A stretch of DNA of 64,000 nucleotides, from contig OZ176053.1 in the NCBI GenBank assembly GCA_964247055.1, forward strand, positions 9,362,001-9,426,000, in the 5' to 3' direction. The notes beneath the pieces were generated by a model. It was not told the DNA's origin. It worked only from the letters and a program-made list of their open reading frames with translations, and searched no databases. Position numbers and translations under genes: made by a program. This document shows, piece by piece, positions 28,001 to 39,772 of the stretch. The stretch is from Paragordius varius. Lineage: Eukaryota > Animalia > Nematomorpha. The stretch's first letter is position 1, and every line of letters starts with the position of its first letter.

Positions 28001-31000
28001 TGTATAAGCAATAAGAAAAGCAATAAAAATATTTTGTGCATAAAAATAAAATTTCGCTATGCGCCAATCAATTCTTTTAACCAATAAAATGGCTACTGTA
28101 AATATAGGATAACAACAATAAAAACTTTTATGTTAAAAGGAAAAATTCGCACATACTAAAAGATATATGGGGCATGGTTGAAGCTGTTTGAATTTCTCGA
28201 CCCAAAAAACATCTGGCCAATGTTTTAAGCTTACTTTTTCGATATTGCGTATCACCGGTAAGGTTATAGATTTGGGATGTATCAATGACATATGGGTGAA
28301 ACATTTTAAGCGCATCGAGATCAAAGTTAAGGCTATGGCCACAAAGTATAACTGGTCGAGTACCATATTTTTTCCCATCTAAAAATATAGATATGTCGGA
28401 ATTTAAATTTTAAAAGCCAGGTATTGGTACACAAACCTTTAGATTATTTTATTTTTTTGACCCTTTTAATACAATATTTAATGTTTTCTAATTTTTTACA
28501 TCAAAAAATTATTTTTAAGATAATCAGTGTCGATATCGCACAATTAAAATAAACGTTTCTTTTTCATACTTTTGGAAGTCGTTGTGCCAGAATGGTGCAA
28601 TACATTAATGATATGTTGTATATCTTTTTGGACATCTTGAAGCGTTACTGTAACGTCTATTAAATCAAATTTAGTCAATCCTGACCATTGAGTCAAATAG
28701 TCTTTAACCTAATAGGTGTAATGTGTTAATTGACTAGTTTGCTTGACAATTTATAATTTTTGACAGAAAAATTAGAAAAAAAATAAATATTTATTTTTTA
28801 AACCAAAAAGTGTGAAATAATTAATGTTAAAAAATAAACAAATTATTATTACACTTTTTGAATTCATAAAAATAAATGTAAAACATAAATACAGTGGATT
28901 AAATAAAAGAATATTTGTGATAGAGAAATTAAAGTTAGGAGTAAAAAATGAATATTAGTGAAAAAAGAGAAACAAAGGGCCATGGTGCACTAGCAAGCAA
29001 CCATACCCATTAAATAATTATTATTTTTTACTATTAACACTTGGATACAACACACTCATTTTAGTCCTTCGATTCGAATTGGGGTAGTTGGATACCCCAG
29101 GCCTATTTAAAATCAAATACTTTACAAAGTATGGAAGCAATCGAAACCATGGCAAAATTTTGCACTTATATAACATTAATAAACCAAAATATATAAAAAA
29201 ATTTATTCAAAAATACTTGATATTACTTATTTTGAGCTAAAACTGAAAGGTAAAAATTTAGTCAACGTGACATGTGTCAAATTGTAAAATTAAAAAATAA
29301 TACAAAATAAACCGCTTTTTCTATTTCAATCAATGTTAGATGTAATTTATATAAAAAATAAGCTTAAGTTTTACCCTTAAAATTAAATGAAGACGATATT
29401 TTGCAAAATTTTTGTAAAATAAAAATGGCGTCGAAGTAGTTTGAGATTGAACTTTTTTTTCAAAACATAATTTTATCAAGATATTTTGGCATATTTATAT
29501 AATATTTATCAGGATAGAAGCATAAATTTAAATTGGGACCGTTTCCTTCAGTAGTTTTTTAAAAATTTTAATTTAAATTTAGTCTGGGGTATTTAGATAC
29601 CCCAATTTAAATCGATAATGAGAGAAAAAAGGGAAAAGAAAGGCATTTATTGAGTATGTAATACCATACGTATATAATTTAAATATTTTTTATTTAAAAC
29701 TATTTGCAAAAATGATCTAAAAAATTAAATACAAAGTTAAACCTGATTGAAAGGTGGTTTAACTAAGGTATCGTAAATGCATGTTAAACTTTCATCCACT
29801 ATGCTAACTCTTATGAGAGCTGATGAACCGTCCATTAATTGACACATTTCACAATCAAGGGCTAATAGATAGGGTTGCTCTTGAGCAGGTGTTAAATTTT
29901 GGGATATCGCATTTTCTGAAGTTTTATTAGCCACTGGAGCTGTTAAAATAATTTCACAATATTAAATATAAAATAAATCATTAAATTAATTATTTGAATT
30001 TTAATATCCTGTTTTAAATAAGATTTTTTTCATACAAAAACAATAAATTTTTTAGACAACCTTTTTCAATTAACAATAAGGATCATTAATTTAAATAAGT
30101 CAAATTCTTGTTTCTGAAAGAAACCGTTTTGTCTTTTATAAGACACATCATTTATAGCCAGTTCTATGTCAAATATGTCTTAGGGTAAAGATTTTTAACG
30201 ATTCTTTATGATTTTAAGATGTAATTAAGGACTATATTTAAATCAAGGGCTTACGTTAAAAAAATTAAACCCCTTTACATCATTTTAATAATATTAAAAA
30301 GCCAAAACTATTGATATATATATATATATATATATGCTTGCTACTCTAATATAAGTAATAATGATTAATAAATCAAAGGTTTTATATTAATATGGGATTT
30401 CCCGTGTATAACCCATATGTATATACATTGTATTGTATAAATCTATAAAAATATTATTTAAGAAATCCAAAAAATATAAACAAAGTTCTTAAATGATTTA
30501 ATTAAAATAATCAACCCGTACTTTTTTTCAATGGGGGGTATCCATGAAGACTGCTATATACAAAATCGTAACCTTTGACTCTAATTTATAAAATATAATT
30601 AAAAAAATTCATAGATTTTTATGACATTAAACTTGGAAAAAAATAAAGATGATCTAATTATTACCATTTAATTATTTGTGTACAAATTATTTAATTCATG
30701 CACTAAAATTTAATAATCATATTCCAAATAGGATAACATTTTGAAATTAACATTATTCATTACTTAGTTTTTTTTGATATGTGGACCGTTCATCAATAGT
30801 AATCGCAGACTAATAATCATTCCAACATAATTATTTGTGATATATATTTACAATTATGCGATTTATAATACATATATAAAATCCAGGATATATATAAAAT
30901 GGTCATACTTATAACTTATGAATTACCTTTTTCCTTTGTCCATGCCATTTAAATCATGATTGTGCAATAAATTACTTTCAGTTTGTGATTTGTTATCATC

Positions 31001-32741
31001 ACTTGCTACTTCGTCCATAATTACATCACCATTTTGTTCAACTTCTTTATTGTTATGTTTTTGGTTACTAGGTAAATTCTTAGCGCTTTTATCAGGCGTT
31101 AAAGGCAAGGTAAAACAATCTCTCTTCAGCAATTTTTTGGTTGCGACTAAACTACCCCGTGGAAAGGTATCAAGATGTGCCGTACACGGTAATGGTAAAT
31201 GAAAAAAGGTATCATTGTTATCATAAAGACGCTGTTTTAAAGTACCAGAATCGTTTTTTACCAACAAGGCATCATTTTCAGTAATAATATGATGACCATT
31301 TAGCACAGTTTTTGTTTTCTTGGACGGTGATGTTTTACGTGCTAATTTAGCATTCTTCGAAATTAGGTTATCTTCAGAACTGTTTGAATCGCTTGATTCA
31401 GTGTTTAAGGAAATAGAGGTCGTGAATGATGATGAAGAGATTTGAGTTAATACGTTTCGAATGGCAAAATGATTGATATAGTTGAAAGGGGTGTGATGCA
31501 ATTTTCGGGGTTTCTCAGTTCCTGAAACAATAAAAAATGCAATCATGAATTGACAAATTATAATGCAGATTGTGAAATAACTATTAATGGGTAATTAATT
31601 AACAATATATTAATCAAGGCTGATGTGTGAAAACAAATTTTATGAAACACAGTTAGCACACTGTATTATTTATATATGGTAAAAGTGTTTTTAACAAGTA
31701 AAAATTGGCAGCATTCACAACTTAGCCATCAATATCCATGAGAATTAGCTTTTTTTAAATAATTATCTGAGAAAATCACTGATTTATTTAAACCATTATA
31801 ATCCATTTATAATATTAATTGTGTTCATAAAAAGATATATAAATTAAAAAAACGCTTGTTTAGCAATGAAAATAAGCATACTTTTCAATAATTCATCTTG
31901 ATGTTGAATAGCATGATGTAGATTGTGAAGTATTAAATCCATTCCCAAACAGCCATCAACCGGTTTAATTAGGGGTAAAATCAGAGGATGATTGACGAGT
32001 TGTTTAACATTATTTTTACGACTGAAAAAAATAAAAGATTAGTTAGAGAGCATCTCATAAAATTTTTATTACATTAAATTATATGTGGCCAAACAGTCAG
32101 TTTAAATCGTATTGTAAATTAATATTTAATAGATCATAAATTATTACATTTTCCGATAATCCAATCCATCTGCATTAAGTGCAACCAGTGTTTCAGAAAA
32201 ATTTTTGATAAAATTATAGTTTATTATATGATTGAATTCTGAAGTATCATCTGTTTTATAATTGTTATTGGTATTCTCTGCTTCAGGAGATATATCAGAG
32301 TCGGATAAAACTTCGCCTTGTTCTAGTTCAGATATTAAATTTGAATTAATGTTGGCAGTAGAGTTTTGTATTAATGCATTTGTCAAATTTGGTTTGACAT
32401 CTATTTCTATCGAGAATAGAGCAATCTGGCGAATTTTTTTAGAACTCGTTATTTCAGCCCATCTCTAATTTTATGTAATTTATACTTAATATATTTCTGA
32501 AAATTTGCATCCTCTTTTAGAGGAATGGAAAAGTTATGGATTAGATTAAAAATATTTTCTATAACAATGGGTTTAATTTGACTACAAATTGCACAATACC
32601 AAAGATGTTCATTATAGTGGTTCGGCATAGAATCTTGTAAAGATCGCAATTCAAAAAATGTAGGCAATTTAATTTGTGGATCATTCTAGCAAATAAATTA
32701 AAATATACCCAATAAGTTTTTGCTGGTTTTTTGTGTTTCAT
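25029..32741 (-). CDS. REXO5: DEDDh RNA exonuclease, REXO5/NEF-sp-like, ~13 exons
   Basis: Phase-consistent exons: 32148-32462, 31882-32021, 30927-31521, 29743-29939 (ExoI LLALDCEMC), 28570-28708 (DYLTQWSGLT), 28157-28378 (ExoII ILCGHSLNFDLDALKMFHPYVIDTS), 27513-27584 (ExoIII GHDSIEDAR), exon from 27116, and last exon 25029-25219 (IINALPSNTLIVM...LWMKIKR*). 5' exons 32709-32741 and 32486-32685 are less certain. The linkage near 30.1 kb and at 25.8-26.7 kb is unresolved. Confidence 0.8.
29032..29612 (-). mobile_element. Hairpin-subTIR element, copy 2 of 3, in a REXO5 intron
   Basis: Reverse-complement homology to 9233-9793 and 60536-61108. Confidence 0.8.
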
Positions 32742-33252
32742 GTGATTAACCGTTACCAGAAAATTACAGAGTATGTTTTTATTGTAAAAAATTATTGCGG
32801 ATTATTGAGTATTTGTAAATTATAATAATCCATTTTATAAAAAATAAAAACAAATACCTAAGGATCTTTTAAAACCGTATTTAAATATTAAACCCACAAG
32901 GCAAAATATATAATAAATTATGGACCTAAATTCACTTTTCTGAGACACTTTTAATCAAGCGACTTAAAAATAAATTTATTTATTTTGGGAGAAATTAATA
33001 TATGCAATATAGCATTTGCGGTGCTTATATATAAATATAAAAGATATAAATCCTCATTTCAAACATTTTGGCCGCTATTCATATTTGGGTTTTTTAACAT
33101 CATTATATTCTTATTTTTTTGTAAACTGCATGTTTCTCAGGGTATCAATTTATGAATATTGTTATGAAATTATAGCCAAAGTTTAATTATCAAACATCGT
33201 TCTCCTCTATTAAATAAAAAACGTATTTTTTACAGTTTTCTAACTTTCAGAG

Positions 33253-33713
33253 CAGTGGTACTCACCATTTTAAAAGGCGCAAAAAATAATAAGTCTTATG
33301 CAGGGCTCCATATAATATCAATAGGTGGTAGACACATTATCTAAAAATTTTATGAATAATTCAGATCCACTAAAAGCACTTTTAGGGTGGATGAGGCTCA
33401 TGGGCAAGGGTTTGAGCACCAATATCCTAAAGTAGCGGTTTCCAACATGCGGCCCTCCGATAATTTATATGTGCGAAAAATTTGGTTCATAATTTGCAAA
33501 AATATGCCCACAATATCTTAGCCAATTTGATATTCCTTTGAATTTTTTTAAATAAGTTATCCAAAAGGCAAGAACCAACAAAAATATTGCGTTGGCGATT
33601 TGCAGTCATATGTTTGAAATCTAATAAAATTAATTATATATGTATGCCAATATATATATATATATATATATATCATATGCGCCCCGCCAAGCCATTTGTG
33701 GTGGTCACTCCTG
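33253..33713. mobile_element. Two adjacent degenerate hAT-like MITEs (33253-33423; 33433-33713)
   Basis: Imperfect termini CAGTGGTACTCA / TTGAGCACCAAT and TAGCGGTTTCCAAC / GTGGTCACTCCTG resemble hAT TIRs. TSDs not evident. Confidence 0.35.
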
Positions 33714-35049
33714 TTCTAGTCCAAAATTAGGACAGCAGCACGATTAAAATTAACAGCTGATTTATCAATAAAAGTTTTTGCGAGTAAAATATAATTAGCT
33801 TTAAATTAATACTAATATCTGCATTTTCTAGCTATAATATACATTGCTTGATTAAAAACTTGAGGAAAAAATGGCGGAAGTTTAAGATGAGGTTTCTTTA
33901 TTATATGACATTTAACAACAAATTTTTTTAAAACCCACGCCTAAATGGCCAAAAAACCTAGTTTTTAAATTAGGACTATACCTTAAATATTTTTAGGATT
34001 TTTAAAAAAGGATTCTGATATATTATTATGCCATAAGGTAATGAAGTGTAAATCGCTTAAAGACAGGCAATAATTTGGTTTTAAAAATTTGAATAATTAA
34101 CATCTTTTAAATTGTATTTTAGCAACAACATTTTGATACCTATTCATTTAAAATCAGCGGTTTGTTTCAATTGAGTGTTAAGGCTATCCAAATTCGGACT
34201 CTAGAATTACAATTCTAAAAATCTGAACTTTTTATAGGAAAACCATTTTAGTAATTAATTCCAACACACTTTTCGGAGTAGTTTTACTCACATGTTCAAA
34301 CACTAGGCTGTAAAACTACCCCTAAAATACAATTTTGATTAAAAGAGTAATATGAAGTTGGAAAAGTATGGATGTTTCTTTAATAAAAATAATAATAATA
34401 ATATTTTCATGAACAAATATCCCGATATATACTTTGTGCAGAAGAATCTAAGTCAGGATGATTATAGTGCTTTTAATGTCGGGCTTACGACTGATATAAG
34501 AAAGTTATCATCACTTTTGATAACTTTTCCATACAAAATTGTAAAATCTGGACATATTTTACTTGAAAACCTTTGAAAACTCAATGCTTTTCTCCAGTAT
34601 TATAAAAATATATCATAAACTATAAACAATATTTAAAATTATTAATTTATATGTGAATCCCGAAAGTCTTATATTATACTCTTCTAAAATGGTCAAGTCT
34701 TTTGAAACTAAACGCAAAATTGATATTGCGGAAAATTTAAATATATGTGCTAAATTTTGACATCAAATTAGTTCAGTGTGTTTGACTCGAATTTTGGTTC
34801 CTTTTATGTAAAAACGACAATTTATGTTTAATTTAGATTGTAATTTGAGACATTTGCGGCTCATATCCAAAGATTAAAATTATAAAGGTTGAGCAGTTAT
34901 TTTTACCAAAAATATTTTATTTAGAAACATGTCCGCAAACTTTGCGATTTTTATATATGGAGCAATTACCAGAAAAGTAGTGAGGTCCAAAACCAAATGC
35001 ACCATGAGAATCCTGTTGCATTTTCTATCAGAATATATAATATACCACT

Positions 35050-35125
35050 TACAGTTCAAATTGACCCTTGAACAATTTATATTCACCCTCGAACAATTCA
35101 AATTCACCCTTGAACAATTCGAATT
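35050..35125 (+). repeat. Degenerate 21-bp minisatellite related to 50618-50840
   Basis: cccttgaacaattcaaattca-type units, preceded by a similar tatacca.tt.ca.ttcaa leader. Confidence 0.6.
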
Positions 35126-35392
35126 CATCCTAAAAATAAATTATATGTTTTTGAGAAATATAACTCTTTATTAATATGAAATACATCTTTACGGCATAGT
35201 TTATTATTTTTTCAGTAATATTTTAATTTTAAAACATAATTTTATTATTTAATATATATATATATATATATATATAGGTAATATAATTTAGAGGGTGAAT
35301 TTGAATTGTAAATGATATATATATATAATTTGTTTGATTATACTCGCCGAAATCGTGCACTACTTAATATTATTTATGGGTTAATCAATATA

Positions 35393-36901
35393 TTATTTAT
35401 TGACATTTTTGTTTATATTTTTGTCATCAACATTATTATCCTTCGCAGTAGTTCCTCCATGTATAATACCTTGATGTAAACACATTAGATTGGAAAGCAC
35501 ATCCCCTGGAGCTAAGGAGTGGTGAGAATCATTGGAAGACAACCCTTTTGTTTCTGGAATAGTTAGTGTCTTTCTAGAGATTTTGTACGAAAGCCTTAAA
35601 TGCTTTTGAGAAGTACTTGAAGATTTTTTAATTAATGTGGCTGGGTCAATCAGGAGATGAACATCAGATGATAGATTACCAGCATTTTTTTCAAAAGATT
35701 CAGGTATTAAAAAGTCTTTTGAGCCAGGTGTTAAAGTTGGTTTTTCATGGACATTAAACTTTCTTACACAATTGTATATCCTCTTAAGATCTCTAATAAT
35801 ATTATGATATTCCTTTAAATTCTCATCTAATGCGTTTAAAGCAACTTCTATCACTGCAATGTCTTTTGACCTAATTGTAGGATTTTTCATTGTTTCATAA
35901 TATGAAGTTGATGGGTTAGGGTCATCGATTAGTTCATCTTGTTTTTGTGATTTGTCTTTTTCTTTATTAACTTTCATTTTATCCTCACATTTTTTGTCAT
36001 TTTGCCATTTAATATTTTGTTTGACAGTTATTTCAAGGTTAGTTATAACAACGGCTACCAAAAGGTTAGATAAGAGAAAACCTCCTATTATAATTACAAT
36101 AGCAAAATACATTTTCGCTATCCTATAATAAATTGGATGTATGGCTAAAAGTTCATTGTCTGGATCGCTTATGTTTTCATTATGGTTATTTTTAAATTTA
36201 TTTAGCAAATATATCCATCCACTTTGTGTAACGCCCGTAAAAGTTGAAAAAGAGGCTCGACCAAGATCTCCAAAATCTTCATTAAAATCGGCACCAAAAA
36301 GTTTAACACCCCACAAGGAGAGTAATAGGGATAAATATATAATAAGAAGAACTAAACTCGTAATATCTGGCAATGATTGGATGATAGCCTTTATTATAAC
36401 TTGCAGTCCCTGAATCATATTTAGTATACGGAGAATGCGCATGGATTTGGCAACACGAACAAGCAAAATAAATTGGCGTCCAGGATTTTTTCTTTGGACA
36501 ACTGGGCTTATGAGCATTAAAACGACAATTAGAAAATCCACCGTATTCCAAAAATCTACTAACCAAAATAACTCAAAACTATAATACCATTTTAATAATA
36601 TTTCGAGAATGAAGAATGCTAAAAGACTTGTTTCGAATATCTGAAAAGTCTGATAATATGTTTCTGCCAAATTTTCAGATGTTTGTAGTCCAATAATTAT
36701 TGTATTTAATATAATTGCAGCAATAGAAAATCTTTGAAACCAAACATTATTAAGTAGTGGTCCTATGACTTGAACCTTTATCTTTTCATCCACTAGGTAT
36801 TGATCAAAGATGACCTTATTTTTCTGGCAATTACTGTTTTGTATGTTATTTTCAAAATCGGTTTTTGGAGTTATCGAAACTTTATGAGCTAGATTATCCA
36901 T
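35393..36901 (-). CDS. CATSPER4: Intronless six-TM voltage-gated cation channel, CatSper4-like (502 aa)
   Basis: S1-S3 (FILEILLKW..F..FW...WNTVDFLIV), S4 with periodic basic residues (VRVAKSMRILRIL), IIQSLPDI linker, pore FGDLGRASFSTFTGVTQSGW, S6 NLLVAVVITNLE, and C-terminal LNALDENLKEYHNIIRDLKRIYNCVRKFN matching the CatSper4-type coiled coil. Paralogue assignment is from recalled motifs. Confidence 0.78.
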   Translation of the reverse strand: MDNLAHKVSITPKTDFENNIQNSNCQKNKVIFDQYLVDEKIKVQVIGPLLNNVWFQRFSIAAIILNTIIIGLQTSENLAETYYQTFQIFETSLLAFFILEILLKWYYSFELFWLVDFWNTVDFLIVVLMLISPVVQRKNPGRQFILLVRVAKSMRILRILNMIQGLQVIIKAIIQSLPDITSLVLLIIYLSLLLSLWGVKLFGADFNEDFGDLGRASFSTFTGVTQSGWIYLLNKFKNNHNENISDPDNELLAIHPIYYRIAKMYFAIVIIIGGFLLSNLLVAVVITNLEITVKQNIKWQNDKKCEDKMKVNKEKDKSQKQDELIDDPNPSTSYYETMKNPTIRSKDIAVIEVALNALDENLKEYHNIIRDLKRIYNCVRKFNVHEKPTLTPGSKDFLIPESFEKNAGNLSSDVHLLIDPATLIKKSSSTSQKHLRLSYKISRKTLTIPETKGLSSNDSHHSLAPGDVLSNLMCLHQGIIHGGTTAKDNNVDDKNINKNVNK

Positions 36902-39772
36902 ATATGTTGCGAATCAAATATTTTCTTGTAATAAAGCTGATGTATTTGTTATCTTTCGGAGTTATTCTCGTCCGTTTGTAATGGACAAAATAATAATAAA
37001 ATGTTGAGCTTTTATAATATTACCATAACTTTAATATAGCAATTGGTGGGAATACTCTTTATTTATTAATTAATTCATATATAGAAAAACAGGCTGGTTG
37101 TATTCTATTATTTTTATGGTCCTTTGAATATATTTTATTATATTGTTTTAAATTATTATAAGATTGGCAGTTGGATCCGTTTTTTGAATTGAGTCTAATA
37201 TAATAAGTGATTTGCGTATTACTATCTGTAAACTATTAAACCGAATTAATCTTATATCATTGTTGTTATTAAGGAATATTAAAATCACTTAGAAATGTTT
37301 TTTCTATTCACGTATTATTTTGTTGGAAAGTTCCAACATGACAACTGCGCTCACATCCTTTAAAAAATGCATAATATTTATTAATTTTACAAGTTAATAT
37401 AAACGTCTCCGAATCATTAGACAAAGCTTTAATCTGCGTTAATTTATTTTCTCATTCCCCCTTTTTAAAGAGTTATAAAATTATATAAATTAATCGAATC
37501 CTCATATAACATTATTGAGAAAATAAAAAATTTGAGCTATTTTAAGTGCCATGTTAAGGAGCCGTTGGGTAGACTCAATAAACATGTGGGTGAGTTATAT
37601 CAATAAACCGGCTCAAACACTATTGAACTCATATTTTTACCTTTTAAGAATGGCTGTGGTTTTTAAAGACACGCCCAAAATTTTCCCATCTTAACTGAGG
37701 CCATAAGATACTAGAGGATTTGAACTTATATTGGCTTATCCAAAATGACTATAATGGTCATTCATGTGGCCCTAAAAGTAATGCAAAAATATTTCAAAAA
37801 TATAATACACCTTTATGGTTAAATTTTAAAAACGGGTCGGTGAACTGTTTGCATATATTTTTCTTCCATGCGTTTTTTGAAATACATATCATCATTCTAT
37901 ATAAAATAGTTTCCCCTGACGGTAAACATCAAATTTGACATACTATGTTATTCACTTAATAGCTCCAGAATTTAACTATGAAAATAAAAAACTAGTAAAT
38001 TGTCAATTTCCATTTAAATAAGCTAACTATAAACCAATTTTTATAAATACCTTATAGGACCACTTTCCCCATTAATTACCAATCTTATACCATGCAAAAA
38101 ACCACTAAAGTTTTGACTTTAAATTTTGTGTTTTACGTAAATAATGCACATGGTCCATAAGTATCACCTCAGCCACCGAATAATCTTTATGCTTTTGATA
38201 ATAGCCAATTCATATATTAAACAAGACTGTAAGTTTAATCCGCGATAGCCACAAAAAATTGGCGGACCGCACCACGCATTATCATATAATACACATATAT
38301 TAATAAATATATATATTTATGCATTTTAATATTCACACTTTTCAACTTTTCTTAAATATATGTAAAGGGGTATGTTAATAAAAATTCAGTAAAAGGGGTA
38401 TGTTAATAAAAATTCAGTAAATTCTACATTAACCAGCTGATAATTATTGATCAGAATATCAATGTGCTTTTCATCTGTAAAATTTAGAAAGTGAAATAAA
38501 CCTCCGTGTTTAAACCCACTTTGTATAAAGTGTGAATTAAAAAATTCCCAAAAATTGTGGAACCAAAGTACAACCTGAGAAAATAAAAACGCAAATAAAA
38601 TATAATATAAGTGATAACCTTGATCTATATATATTGAATTTACCACCAATCATCATTACCTTATGTTTTTAAATAAGTTAATAATAAAAAACCCAATTTT
38701 ACATAAATAATCAAAAGACTTAAAGCTTTTTTTGTAATTGTCTCAAAATTAACTTCATTTTAATAGTCTCCTTACAAAATATTGATGAGATGAATATCTT
38801 GAATAAGAGTCAGAATATCTTTAGCTCATTTTATAAAGTTTCAATAAAGATGTTAATTGATATACAGTATTACTGAGTTTCATTGATTAGTGCTAGATAA
38901 GATTAAAAGAAAATGCCATTATTATTAAATTAATGTTAATTTTTTTCACTTATATGGCTATTTGCCAAAAATAAGGCTCTTTGCTCTATATAAAATAAAA
39001 TTAATAACTAGCAATGTATATTTACTGTACTCATATTTATTATGAGCGACTTAGCTGTCAAAACTTGTCGTGCCACAATCGATAAATTTTTTCTGCGTCA
39101 GAGTAAAATTTAATGTTAACTAAATTGATGAAATTAACTGATATGCATTACCAAATATTTTGGAGAAACAATATGTAGGTCATTAAAATAATATCCTAAT
39201 AATATATATTTAAACATAGTGAAAAATGTCATGGTCTCATCCTGTTGGGTATGGCGTTTAATAATTATATAGGAAAGATATACTTTTATGGTAATAGGTC
39301 CTATCGCAAATTAAGCGCAAATTATGGTAGATAATCTTTTTCTGGAAGGTAATTCATTTAAAAAATACTAATCTTTTATTTTAAAGAACCCAAATCTAAG
39401 TTGAATTCAATTATTTGTCCCCAAAAGTCTCAAATTATTTACGCAATGGAGGATAAAATAAACACAAAAAGATTAGATTGTGTAAAGACTAGATTATAAC
39501 AACATTCCTAAAACAATAGCGAAATATAAATTTGGCAAACTTTTATTTAAACACAATTGACCAGTTTTTATTTAAAAATCATTGGTACTTCTTTATATGC
39601 TAAAATTTGCAGCTTAAGATAAAAGGGAATTATTTGGCTAAAATATTATTAAACAATATATAGTAAAAATACTTAAAATTACATTTTAATTATCCTATTA
39701 ATCCAATCAAAATAAATAGATTCTGAAAACCCATATAAAGTTTTAAAAAATAATTTTAATACATAAAGTTAA

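Noticed and set aside
38386-39330. Possible small exons with GT-AG boundaries (including a 27-nt candidate intron) on both strands
   Set aside because: I could not build a phase-consistent model or recognise any protein, so there is no support for a call.
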